DNA of 62,679 nt, the filler included, from Sphacelaria rigidula (lineage: Eukaryota), in assembly GCA_964200075.2 (NCBI GenBank). It is 6 parts of 6 records of this genome, joined end to end, with 100 filler letters (N's around TTAATTAATTAA, not from the genome) between each part and the next. Parts side by side here need not be neighbours in the genome. Positions count along the whole stretch, not along the records: positions 20,929 to 31,291 come from CAXNAA020006649.1; positions 31,392 to 41,754 come from CAXNAA020006650.1; 4 more parts are not named here. One strand, written 5' to 3'. The notes below the pieces were generated by a model. That model did not search any database. It saw only the letters and a program-made list of their open reading frames with translations, and was not told where the DNA came from. Shown in pieces: positions 23,739-37,030 of this stretch; position 1 is the first letter of the stretch; every line of letters begins with the position of its first letter. The position numbers and the translations under genes are program-made.

Positions 23739-26700
23739 GTACATGCACAAGACTTCAGACGTAACAGAACAAAAAGTCAGCACAGCCACAGCGCAGGACC
23801 ATACTGTACTGATGGATGTATGCTTCCACCACAAAACCTGCGAGGGCTGCTCCAACTGGAGCACTCATGGCTTCCAACACCGCAACTCTCTACTGTACAT
23901 TTTTTGTGGCTCCCCGTCAAGATCGTTAGCTACTGTTCTGTACTGTCAAGTCAAGGGGCAGCGCTTTCCCTTGCAAAAAAACAAATCTACAATAGCTGAC
24001 GGAGAAGCCCGCGCGATGCGAAATTTCGGAACAACTCATTGTTCTGAAAAAGGGGGTCTGAACTTGTCGCCAGCAGCTTCAACTCACTTGCAGTCACTAC
24101 AGAGAGAACACATGCAGCGCTGACAGACCAACCTCTTGACCGCAACGGTGGGTCATCCACTGGATGGCCTTCGTTCTCACTACCGAACTAGAGAGACAAT
24201 ACCCAGACGAAGCATTCAGGATCCTGGCCCTCGACATATACAATTTTTTAAAATAGCACGCGCCCGAACTGATGCTTTAGACGTGATCGTTCGTACAGCA
24301 GGCTCCAGTGTGCGCATGCACGTCATGAACTGCGAGTCCAACCCACTCAAATTGACGAGGGATGCCTAGCTTGCCACTCGTGGCCGTACGGTCGGTACAG
24401 TACTCCTACAGTCACTCACTACAACAGCCACTCAGTGATGGTATACGGGTGTGATGGGATTGGGCGGTCGTGTAGTTGCTGCATTCATTTGGGACCACGC
24501 CGTAATATGAAATGGCACCCGGAAAAGTGGACCGCACCCGAAGGTGGCAGGAATAGCTCATGCTTTCAAAGGGTGAGACATCCCCGTGAATCACCACCTG
24601 ACACTATTAATAGGAGGAGCGGGGCACAGCTGGAAACAGTTACTGTGCAGCAGAGTCTCACTCAGGGATGAGAAAAAAGACAATCCGCTGAAACAAACTC
24701 ACGGCTGCATTCATATTTCAAATTCCAAACATTACATGAATTTTCGAGTTCAGCAATGAGCAAACTAGACAGAAATACCCCGGGCCGTAGCGGTATGGGT
24801 CTCCCTTCGGCCACCAAGCATGAACGACAGCACTTACTGATCCACTCAATGTTTTCACCGCATACCAATGTGCCGTACTCGATTGCAACATCGTGCACAT
24901 AGCCATGCGCACCAGGGACCAGCGGAACGCCCAGATAAAGAGGCAAAAACTCAACGACTCTGAACGACCGCCCGCTTGCGCCATCATCTTTCGCCACAAA
25001 ATGAAGGGGGCTGAGTGTACAAGTACATGTACACTTTACACTCCTCGTAATGTGAACTGTGCAGGTTGGTGCATCGAGAAATCTACAGGGAAATCGTAGA
25101 TTCATCAAACGGATAACTAGTAGCTCAACGGGGACGAGAGGCATGTAATGGTCCCGTCGTGTGTGCGCGCGCATGCTGTACTTCCACCTAGTGCAGTCAC
25201 TGGTGAAATGAGGTACAAGAGGCATATATGACTGCACATACTGGATTTTGTTGTCGATTGTGTTGTCCTGTCTGTTTGGTGCTTGACAAGATGCAACCCC
25301 GTGGAATCATCACTACAGTACAATGAAAGAAATCGATTGGACGCTGCAGGCGACCCATACAACTGGTGTTGCAACTACACGTATCACATGAGCTGCGAGG
25401 TGCAGTGCGCCACGACATCAGAATCACGAAGTCGAACCGGCAGCCAAGATTGCCTCGGGTTCATTTCTGCGCCCGTGTCGTCTTGAAAAATTCATGTGCG
25501 GAGCATTTGGTGCGCACCCACCGGACCAACGTGGTGCGTACCACCGCACCATACTGCACAACGTGGGAGAAAGTACCGCTCATGTTCTATGAAATCGAGT
25601 GAAGTTGCATGGTTGCTAGCAAGCTTGGGACCCGACTTGATGGTACTGGCTTGAAGTAGAGAGTATTACTGATGAAGCGCCGTAAACCCCTGCCGTGCCT
25701 CTAACGAAATCGGAATTGACCGGTACTACATTCTTGTGCTTGATAATACAGCACCTGACGTACAAAGAGCACCTGCGCCAGAACCCCGTGACGTGTGCTG
25801 TGCGGAGCAATGCTCAGCGTAAACCTTACCCTCATCGCTCACACGAAAAAACTTCGCTCATGTGACACTCGATTAAATATCATAACTAGTGCAGTATTAA
25901 TCGATCACTGAATGGCGTGGTCACCGTCGGTCATAGGGTGAGGACACTGTTAAAAACATCTTCCTTTCGGAAGGGAGATAAATTTTACCTAGTGGGCGAG
26001 TGAGCCTTGGCACAAGTGTTCTTGCTCAGCACGGACATTGCGAAGTTGGCGATGCGGTACACCTGGAGCGGGTTCAATATTTCATGCTCCCCGACCCAAC
26101 TTGATCGTTCCTGCAGGGTACGCCCCATCATAAATATCATAGACCTTACTGAAGGCGTTGCACAAAAGATTGTGAGCAATAAAAACAAGAGATGGCGTTC
26201 ATCGTGGTGAACTGTGTTATCGGATCGATGACACCAGGCGTGACACCCGAAAGGAAACGAATGTTACGGTCATTCAGTGCCGATACGAGGGCCTTTCGCG
26301 AGTATGGCTTGCAGGTAGTGCGTGTACGAGGCGCTGGAAAATACTGCCTGCTTCGTTGCATATTCAAATCACGCCGTACATTCCTAGATGTTCGACTTCG
26401 GCAACGGCGTTCCCTCCGTGGCAACTGTCTGCAGACAATGCTGTACGTAGCAGCCTCCCCCCCCCTACCCCCCCCACCTGCCACCCGATTCGGCGGGTGG
26501 ACTACGTGTTAGTGGGTTGAGGAAATACGCAGGACCGCATCGCACGCATGCAATTCTCAAACACTGTACAGACAGAGCAGACCGCCGTGTAGTGAGTAAA
26601 AGGTGGGTGCCGCTAAACGAGAAATGTAATTTTCGTCTGTGGTATTCATCGTGCTTTTGCGATGTTGTCCGCCCTCCCGCAGAGCGCATGCCGCCGGCAG

Positions 26701-29700
26701 ACCAAGAAACAACAGACAAAAGAGTTGAAAAGTAGCCGTTTCGTACTGAAAAAACCGCCAGCCAGTTTTGAAGCTGTTCCGTTCGGGTGATCGTGGGTGA
26801 CATGGAGAGAAAGAATCCCTGTTCAAAGGGCGGCAAGAGAAGGAGACAGCGACCCTAAGAAGAGGCCAATAATCACAAGGCCACGGTTTTGGGACACAAT
26901 AGTTTTTCCGAAGTCAGGTGGTAAGGACCCGCCTTTCCAACTTCACGAAGATACCATCCACAGAATCAAGGGACATGAGACTATAAAAAGGGTACCCCGA
27001 AACAGAACGAACAGAGCAGATGAAGGGGGGTGGGGTGGGGTTGGGGAGGATGGCGACGGCAGAATTCAGTACAATTCCAACGCGCAATTACGGGTCACGT
27101 TATGCTATGACGGCGCTTCGCCTCTGATTCGAGGGCACTACCCTGGGAGTAATGCACTGCACTGCACCTGCAACTCCGCGTAGCTCTCGTTGCACGCGGT
27201 TACACACGCGACCAGCAGAGGTCCTGCTTTAGATTTCCAACGCGGGTGCTCCGCACATGGATCCACAACCAGCTTCGGCAGCTTTGCTCGCGCCAGCACC
27301 GGTGCAGGCACCCCCAACGGAAAATCGTGCTGTGTATCATCCAGATCATCGCAAGAACTGCAAAGCATAGGGACGTGCGCAATCCGCGCGATTAAAACGC
27401 CGGACTGAGGGCAAGAGGGGGTAGCAAGCAAGCCGATGTTCTGGGGTGGTGTGCGGGTCAGTGATGACACCGGGAAATAACGATCTCCAGAGCATTAGCG
27501 GAAGAAAATTTATATGTGAAAAAAATGAATTGGGCGTTTCCTGTGCAGGGGGACAACCATGGGTATATGCGAGGGCGGGGTGGAGTGCGGAGGAAACAAA
27601 AAAAGCGGAGGGCGTGGTGTTAACTCTTTGACTGGGGTGAGGGTAGTCCATATAGATCACGGACACTTTTTTTCAAGTAAGTTTTGATGCCGATTCGGCA
27701 GTGACCTGCCCTCGCTGTCAAAGGGTTAATTATGTAGGTAATGCTTATTTCGTGGAAATCCGGTGTGACGACGCTCACACAGCCCTCACCTCTCCAGGTG
27801 CATCATCGCAAAGCGAGATCCTTCATTCGCTCCAGACTATCCTCTGCAAACGAGCAGAAATCGAACATGACGTTTCGGCGTCTTCCACCAAAGGCAGCAT
27901 TCGCTCGAAATATGGAGCAACAATCCATATTACTTCGAAGTTCAGGGCATCTTTTCACTGCTCTTTGGGCGTAACACCCGACGGTTATATCCCAACAAAG
28001 GATGTACTGTTCTATGAACATGGGAGCACCGGCGGGTTTTCAGGGGACTGTTACCTCGACACCATCGAAAAACCGGAAGAATACCGCTGCCGGCGGAGAG
28101 GGACTCGGGCCGTACGCCATCAGCAAAAACTTGCGACGGTGCACATATGGGGTTCGCTCACGTGATAGGATTCGTGACTTCTGTTCTTCAGTCCAGGATT
28201 GCGATCACGAGCACCACCGACGTTCTTCGCCTAACGGATGAACCCTCTTTTCATTCGAAGGGAAAATATATCGGAGAACAGGCACAGGCCAAGGCCACGA
28301 GATGCCCGCCAAACTCAGATGGATGGAAGAGGGGAGGGGACCAACCGCTTTGGGAGAGGACGTGTAACTCAATAGAGCCCAGGCGCATCAAGGCTGATAA
28401 AATATCGCATACGAAGCCACTCAAATAAAGAAGAGAAGGAAAAACCAGGAAGAAGCTTGACTGTTGACTCCAACACCAAAACCGAAACCAGAAACGCCGT
28501 TCAGGCCGGCTTCATCTCTCACTCGACACTCAGCCCCGCCCACCTATACCCTACAGACAGGTCAAATGACGTGGAGAAAGGAACGAATCCCAGGTGTCCA
28601 ATTTCAAAACCAGTCGCTCCACACCTAATCCCTAGCCGATAGCACTATCTTCGCGGACACCTACACCCACCTCTCACGGCGATAGTTGTTCCCCACGAGT
28701 GTTGATGCGCATCGCATCCAATCAACTGGGCTCTCAGCAGCAGTATCGGTTGCATCCCCGCCTCTAACCGCTGCATCCCCCACCGCGGCCACCATTCCGG
28801 GATCATAGCCTTTACTATTGTTATCGCTCATCACCTTATGCCACCACTGCCGGCTGAAAATGCGCACTATGTAGAAGCACCCCGCTACCCCCTGCTCCTC
28901 GGAAGCCCGAGTGTAGTAACGGCCGTGGATGGTAGTAAGTGTATGGCGCGTGCAACCATTGCGGTGAAAGCTTCACGGTTTAGATTTTTCAAACAAGTAC
29001 TATTGAAAATTCAAACCCAACTGGCTCCTTGGCAACTTGCTGTTCTACACCATACAGTTCAAGTGGTGGTGTTGTACTGTACTGTATACAGTACTTGTTA
29101 CGCTGGATGTCGGCTTGTGAAAATAATGACCTTGCACACACTGAGGGCTTTGGAACACTGTTCGGATAAGTTTAACCATTGTGGGGGTGGGGGAGGGCGT
29201 GAGAACTGATGGGTGGAGAGAGCGGAGCCACAAAACAACACCATAACCACGGCTGCAGTTGCGCCGTGCAATTTCCGCGGACAACCAGACGATGCATGTT
29301 GCACTATTAGTAATTTCTGAACATGAGAGCTGGGCAAGACAGCTGTTGTCAGGTATAATGCAGGCTCTGTAACAAGACTATCAGCTGAAGGGCAGTTGAC
29401 CGTTCACCGCGAGCATTGGTCATTCATTGAATCAGCATCAATTTAACTTGGAAACAACTGCACGAGCAGATGACCCGCCTTCAATGATGGATACATGGAT
29501 AGATGAATCAACGAAGATCGTGGGGTGTATTGCAAGATTGAAACATAAATGTGGAGAGTGATCATGAACACTCGCCATCGTCAACTTCAGACACGAGATT
29601 CGTAGACAAATTATCTCTTGTTCGTTGGGCACATTACTGCCTGCTCCGTCGTAATGGGTCATTTTCATACGTGACAAGCATTGGAGATGCAGCTCAGTAG

Positions 29701-30697
29701 CACAGTAGATAGTTTATGGTGATACTACAGTTGTAGCTGTAATTTACCGCTGGCAGGCTACTACACTACTTTTGGGAGCCCGAGAAACTGTCACGGACTC
29801 GACGTGTTCTTTTCGGAGTGATATTCAACGTATGAGTAAATACAGCTCCTTACTGAGTGATTGTTCTGTGACATACAGTTGTACATTTATCGTTCTTGAC
29901 CAAGCGGCGGATCTCGAAGGGACGATGTTGCCTGGGGTCTACCCTACACTCATTGTACTCTAATGAAGGTTCCACTGCATCGTGCATTGAATGTGGAACA
30001 CTGCTGGACGGCGAATCGGTGCTACTGTACTGTTGTCGACGGTTGTGAACAATTCCAGCGAACCCGCACATAGGACCTGCGTCTCTTGTGCATCCCTTTA
30101 CAAACGCTACAACAGTACAGTTGTACAGTCCTTGCGATAAGTTGGGATCTTTGGAAACATTTTCTACTTTCCCTGGTGTCACTGATTCTTTCACCCCCAA
30201 TAACCAGTTACCTCAACGTAGCCTAGCGCCTCACCTCAGTTTGCGACCACCAGCCGTCTCGACAAGGAAGCGGAAATTCCGCGGTTCCCAATTCTTGGCC
30301 CATACCATGATGTTTACCGAGAGCACCTCGACGTTTTTCCGCGTTACTTCCTGGTGGTTCTTGTTGAGTCCACATTATGGGGTCTGGCCAGAACATGAAC
30401 TTTTCGGTTTTTCAACAGGCAAGTATGTTGTTTCTTTTTTCAACGCGGTATCAGCCGTGTTATTCAGACCCGCGACTCAAAGATGGTAACACCGCATAAA
30501 GCACCTCAACACTCGAGATCACTCCTCTTGCACGAGGTGTCTCACTACAGTGACGAGCAGCAGGCGGTAGTCTCCCCACGCCAAAAACAGTACCCCATCA
30601 AAACAAAAATACTCGAATGAATGGGATAGGTGATTTTCTCCTTTTCATAGATTTTTCGGATTTTCCGCTCCCCCACGTTAAGTAATTTGTTTTTCGG

Positions 30698-31291
30698 CTA
30701 CAGGCTGATTCATCATGGTGATCACCCAAAATTGTGTCATCAGCAAATGCCTTCCGCAATACGAACCCAATACAGGCTGGTCCGCCCAAGAAGCCACCAG
30801 GAATGTTGAAACGCATTTTCTTCGCTCAATTTTGGATCGTTTTCGATGAAATTTTGACACGATGTACAGGACGTATGTGCGAACAGCTGACCTTCCATCC
30901 CTTGTTTGGTGTCTTTTTTCTTCGTGAGTTATCGGCAATTTTGTCTCGAAAAACTGTTCTGAATTTTTTCTTCGCCAATAACTCACGAAGAAGAAAAAAA
31001 TAAAACCAGCGGATGGAAGGTCAGCTGTTCGCACATACATACGTCCTGTACATAGTGTCAAAATTTCATCGAAAACGATCCAAAATTGAGCGGAGAAAAT
31101 GCGTAATTCCGTCGGCAAGCAGTTACTATGTGGAGATGGACCAGCCACGAATAATTCAAACGCAAATATGTAGCGCAATTTCAAATTTTTTGGGGTGAAA
31201 TTTTGACACGATGTACAGGACGTATGTGCGAAGACCCAACCTTTCATCCACTGCTTTTTTTTTTGCTCTCCGGGAGTTATGGGTAATTTAG
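30698..31291. mobile_element. MITE-like/foldback sequence with internal ~90-bp inverted repeat; probable Tc1/mariner-type ends
   Basis: TACAGGCTG...GGTGATCACC.AAATTGTGTCATCAGCAAATGCCTTCCGCAATACG is shared with 62522-62582. Inverted arms at ~30811-30900 and ~31011-31104, with a third partial copy at ~31196-31249. Confidence 0.65.
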
Positions 31292-31391
31292 NNNNNNNNN
31301 NNNNNNNNNNNNNNNNNNNNNNNNNNNNNNNNNNNTTAATTAATTAANNNNNNNNNNNNNNNNNNNNNNNNNNNNNNNNNNNNNNNNNNNN
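31292..31391. other. Artificial contig spacer
   Basis: N44-TTAATTAATTAA-N44. Confidence 0.99.
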
Positions 31392-34300
31392 TGGAATAAA
31401 AAAATGACTCACTTATAGCGAATGATCAAAGCCACTCTCAATCGTATCATCCACTCTCAATCTCACGAAAACACTGGTCAAAGTCGTCCACCAAATTCGG
31501 ATTGGGGTGCACTTGAACTGACCGTATGTACGACCTCCGTGTCACCCCCCTTCAACCCTAAATAGTTTGACATTCGTGGTCAAACTTGGCACGAAGCCTA
31601 CTGCCCAAGAGGAAGCTGTTCATCGTGACAGTTGGAGGATGGGGGCGGACATGGTCGGAGGGAGGAGAGCTGTATGAGGCAGTCGTGCTGCTGCCGGCTT
31701 GTCCCTGCGCTGGTGCTTGTGGGGATAATTTTAAAAAACGATATATCCACGTATATTGGCCGAAACCGCCACATAATACTTGAATATTGGCGAAAACACG
31801 CCAGATACAGCTGAGTTTCGCCTTTTCCCCCGACTCTGTACCCGGACTTTCAAGAGTAGCTAGCGGAATGTGGTGTATTCCAAGGAGATCAAATGCCATA
31901 CAGGCTGGTTCGAGTTTTCAACCCGTTTCAGATCGTGGTAACCGGGGTCAGCTCCAGGATCCAACAGAATCTGATCAGAAAAAGCGGACGTGACAGGGTC
32001 AGTGTGGGGGCGAGACCCGAAATTTGTGTAGGATTTGGAGTGAAAATCAATGGGCAATGTGCAAAAACGGGTAACGCATTTTCGGTATGGGGCGCGGCGC
32101 TGCACGCGAGTTGAACGCCACGAAAACACGTTCCAGAGTCTCAGCCCCACGCGGTGTCTTGGGAGCATACCCGACCACTTTTTTTTTTTACTTCCTTACA
32201 CGTGGTTTCAGGCGACGCGGAAAAGGAGAGCCTGTTAGAGTACCCTTTTTTGCCAACAAACCAGGAGGGTACACCCTACCCTATGCTTAAAATGTTCTTG
32301 CCCTTTCTTGTCCACCGATGCACCCTTGAATGTCAAATGCACACCCTTGTTTGCGCTACTTCGTGAAGTGGTGACCGTACTGCCGGCTCCGCAGAAGATA
32401 CGCCGAACTGCCACAACCATACCCATTTTTTTGTGACATTACTCCCCGGCAAAAAGGCCGAAACACAACAACTGAGAAATGTAGCGCCCTGATGGTTGGT
32501 CCGCAGACCCGGAAGACGCGATGATACATCAAGGGGGCAAACGCTTGTGTGTTGGAGATTACGAAGATCCAACGAGCATGTGTGCAAAGTCTTGCCGGCA
32601 CACACACGCCCTCTCACAACTTTAGAAACTCTGAATAAACAGGCTTGCTTTTTTCCCGCCAAGTATTGAAAAGCGGCCTCTACCCTGGATATCTGGCGGG
32701 AAAAAAACTTCTACACAAAGTTTGTAAGTACGTCAGAGAACCCGTGCGCCAAATTTCAGGGTCTAACTAGAAGAAACGGGGTGAGAAATCGCCCGTATGT
32801 GGAAACTAATGGGCGCTGAATCGCCCTAATACTTGATGATAATATGCTACGGATGTGTTCCTTGTCCGCTTGAGCTTACATCGAACGTTTGGGATCAACT
32901 TTTCGGTGTACGAACGAACCTGGTACTACGTACCTTTGGACGATACAAATTTGAGCTTTTGATTATGAGGCAATCTGCACCGACTTCTGGGGGTCTTCAC
33001 GATAGGACCCCCGGAAGCCGGTAGAGAGCAGATAAAACTTTGGATATTCTTTAACGATTTTTATTTTTCCATTTGTAACACCCATATTTAACAAACTGTT
33101 AAGTTTGAAAGTAATCGGAGTTTTCATACGACAGGTGAAAGGAAAACTTTCACAGGCTTTCAGAGTCTTTGACGAACATCAACAGTGGAAATCCGACGAC
33201 GCCAAAACCCCACGTCACCGAAATACCATGTTTTGGGATATAAGTCGATCCCAAACAAATCGTTTCCAGATAGATTTTTTGCGTTACCTTCCTTAGCTGA
33301 TGGTGCTTACTAAGGATAAGGTACAAATTGTGTAGGGAGTTCGCATTTTTAGTTCCATAACAATTTGAAGAACCCTGATTGGCCAAGAAATATACCAGCG
33401 CCCTGGCAAAGGACGCAAGAAAAAATCCGGCCATGTCACACTGCTCGCTTGCTCGTGGGGCTCACTATGATAACCAAATATGTTTCTATCGGGTCAATTT
33501 TGCGTTCTGTATCCAGTGGGGAACAAGCTTTGGGCGTTCACCCTGAACCATTCTGTAGCAACTATCCGATGGTACACAAAAATCGAATGGTGTCCTGGTA
33601 CTACAGCAAACTCAAGTACTTGGTCAACCCTATCCCCCCCCGGCCCTCCCAAATCGAATCTCGACATTTCGGGGTGTTATCATCTTTTATAATTTTTGTG
33701 GAGGCCCCATCGCATGACCTCGCAGACTGACAAGAAATGCATGCTTTGCTCGGCTTGCATCTACACATAAACTCGTGTAGACGACAATAAAGCCAAGTAC
33801 CGAGGTTTCTTCAGTACACCATTTCGTACTACTCGGTATATCTTGTGCGCTCTGACGCTCTCTGCCAAAGAGTTTGTTTTGCGTCCTTGCGATACCTGCA
33901 GTGAAACGAATGGATTTGATGTCAAGTGTTGATATCGGCTCGCACGTGTTGATTTCATTCCGGCAATTTTTCCTTCGCCTTTTCAGCCTCTGAGTTCTGG
34001 TCGGTTGCATGGCACAAACTCCAAGCCCGAGTAATGAAAATGCCAGACGTAGTCAGACCTTCTAAACTGAACTGGTTGCACGTGTTTCAAGTATGTTACT
34101 AAACTCGGAGCAAGGAGGTAGATACCTGTATTGTTTTCAAGAGATCGATACGAGTTGATCGCGAGTCAGAAAGATCAAACCGATACGTACAAAAAACAGC
34201 GAGGCGGTTGAGTTTCGGTATTTGCCGGAGACCACGCTGCACCCCATATAGAGAGAGAAGGAAAACAAAAAACATAGCTTCACTAAACTATGCACGTTGG

Positions 34301-34758
34301 GATCACTACTGCAACTAATGACAATGCAGCTGCTCGCGGAGGCCTTCACCCCACCCCACTGCTTGAGTGGTATTCGTGTGACGTTTGAAATACTTCTGAC
34401 AGGTCAGGCTTATAAATTTGTTGCTTCAATCCTTCAACAATTCACCACGCATTCCTTTCGAACTGCTTTGCTCGACCCGGAAATAACTCGTTCGTGATTT
34501 TCGCAACCCTCACACCAAACGTGCAAGGCCGTCGTCGAGAGCCAGCGCCCCCCCCGCGATAGACTCTCTCTCACTCCCACTCTACATCATATTCGCTCAC
34601 ACTGGGTCAGGCTTGCACACGAATTCTCATATGCTGAGGTTTTCTACATATATTGAAAGTATACCGTAGAAACACTAATGTACACTGAAGAGTATAAGTC
34701 GACGAAAGTGTTCGTTGATAATGGGTGTTTGTGTGACGCCGTTAACGAAAATCCGCAC

Positions 34759-37030
34759 CTGTCCATCCGCTTCTGGGACACATTCTTGCGCGCATTCTTC
34801 AGCTTTGCGATTCCAGACTTGACCCGCTCAGCGTTGAATCTGTGGATACGGAACCATTGTCATATTCCGGGAAGCCGTCGCGAAGACCATGCTGGATTTA
34901 CTTAACGCCACGACTGACTTCTGTATATGAACACATCTACTTCTGATGATCAACTTGATGCAAGACATCAGCCACAGACTCGGTAGTAGTGAGGTTATCG
35001 GAGAGAAACACAGCCCGGCCATGCAGTGTATGGCATCTGCAGTACAGTGCTGCCATACAGTAGAGAGCTCACCCCATTCCCTCCACCAAGAATTTTTCCA
35101 GTCCCGCCTCGTCAGGATCTGTCCACTTCAACTTGCACGCATCGGCGGGCATGACCTGCACGCAGAACGGCGATAAACATTGCTGTCATCCTTACTCTGT
35201 ACCAACACCAACAAAGGAACGCAATCTGGCTCACACGGTGCGGCGACACGCATGTCAAGATACATATTCTGCACGCCTTGCAACATTTCTTCTGTGTAAT
35301 CCAGCCTTCGGGAATATTTGTGAATGTTCCACCTCGGGTGCGAGGAACAACCCGCGAGCTTGACGGTACATGGGCGGTGTCTCTTCCACATCATCTTCAT
35401 CTTCCTCTTCCTCCTTTCTCGAACGTTTTGCCTTGGAGTCAACGCCTTGTGTGCTGTCCTTGTCCTCTCCGTCGTCCGCTCGACCGTCGGCAGTCTTGTC
35501 GGCAGCGGTTTCTTTTCCCGACCCTTGCATGGTGATGGTGGCACTCTTGCCTTCCTCAATAGCATCATTGCCCTCGCCCTCTTCCTTGGAAACACCGCTA
35601 TCCGCTTCCTGAACCGCCTTGGCCTTGTCCTTGGCCTCTTCCTTCGCTCGGGCCTCCTTTCTGTCTTTGGCTTCTTTCCTCATCGCTTTGCGCTTCTTGA
35701 TTCTCTCAGCAGTTTCAAGCCAATCGTCTGGAACAGGATACTTGGAAGCATCCAGATTCTTGAGGATCTCTTCGATCGTCCCGTGCTATATAGCATTGCA
35801 GGGATAGATCGGGTCACGATAAGAAACGCACGTCACACATACGCACCGGAGATGGGCCACGCGAAATCCATGGTCATGATAGTGTTTCTGAATAAACACC
35901 ACCAACACAAGAACAACTGCTCCTGTGCACGAACCCGCATCGGCAGCACTGTTGTCGTTGCACACATCCTGCATCATACCGACAGCTTCATCGTGTTACA
36001 CGGTGGCGTGTCGTGTACTTTCTCTCTCACGTCGTGGAGCAGACCCCGCCACAACGTACCTGACGAATTAAGTTAAGAGCCTTCTTCGGGCCGATACCCT
36101 TGACTGATCCGGTGTAGTCACAGCCGCAGAGGATGCAGAGGTCCACAAAATTTTCATGACTCAGATCCAGTCCCTGCAGGTACGCGATCCCAAGGCAGGC
36201 CCTCTTGGGATTAGCATTTCATTGAAAGATGATACATATTTTCGTTATCACGCCATCATGACAGACCACCACTAGTAGGTTCGTCGGAACTTCCAAGAGT
36301 ACGCTTGAGACAACGGTTGGATTTTACCTGGAGCAGCTTTTGGTAGTCGATTTCCATGATGGGCTGGCTTGCACCAGAGAAAGTCATACGCCGCAGCAAC
36401 TTTGGCGTTTGGAAGGTGAGGGCGTCCATGTCTTCCGTTGCGGTACCGTATACTGCACCGTCTTTCGCCAAAGCGGCGCACTGGGCCTCAGCTTCAGATG
36501 GTGCCTGCGCAAATAAAAGATGAGCTCAATTTTGCGACATTGCCTTGATTCGTGATGCCAGGTTGGGTATAAAAAGCATACTGCTGCAGCTACGACAGCT
36601 TTCAGCTATTTCGAAGCACGCACCTCCCGTAATCCCACATAAAAAACACTGGAAACGCTGGTTACACTGGAAACGAGTGCCGTGTCCACAAGATCAGTCG
36701 TCGTCAGTGCCACCCGCTTTACAACATCACCTCCCTGTATCAGAAGAAAAACAACGTCACGCGCTCAGGCTTTGGAACAGCAACTTTGCACACGTCGACA
36801 GCGGCAAGAGTCACGCTTTCGGAAATCACCGAGTGATCAATTACCCGCAAACTCACATCCACCACAGGAACGCCCATGAGACGGAGGAGCTTCTTGCAGT
36901 CCTCGTTGTGCTGTGAGGTTACCCGGACTAGGCGCTTGGAAAACTTGTCCACGTCGTTTTTCTCCTCCGCAGCGGTAGCGTTCTTCAAATCCGCTTCTGC
37001 CTTAGCACGTTTCTCCTTACGTTTCTCGAG
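34759..37030 (-). CDS. FEN1: Flap endonuclease 1 (partial: N-terminal exons and last exon not found in this contig)
   Basis: Exons 37030-36857, 36504-36328, 36173-36060, 35785-35333, 35155-35073 and 34839-34759 are phase-consistent. Translation: [61 protein letters not shown]...[12 protein letters not shown]...[11 protein letters not shown]...KYPVPDDW...[27 protein letters not shown]...SQKRMD(S) (start of the PIP box). Confidence 0.96.

Noticed and set aside
31392..34758. Last FEN1 exon completing the PIP box (SFF...)
   Set aside because: No phase-2 exon with a credible FF + basic tail was found. The only match (~32700) is short and lies in repeat-like DNA, so it was left uncalled.
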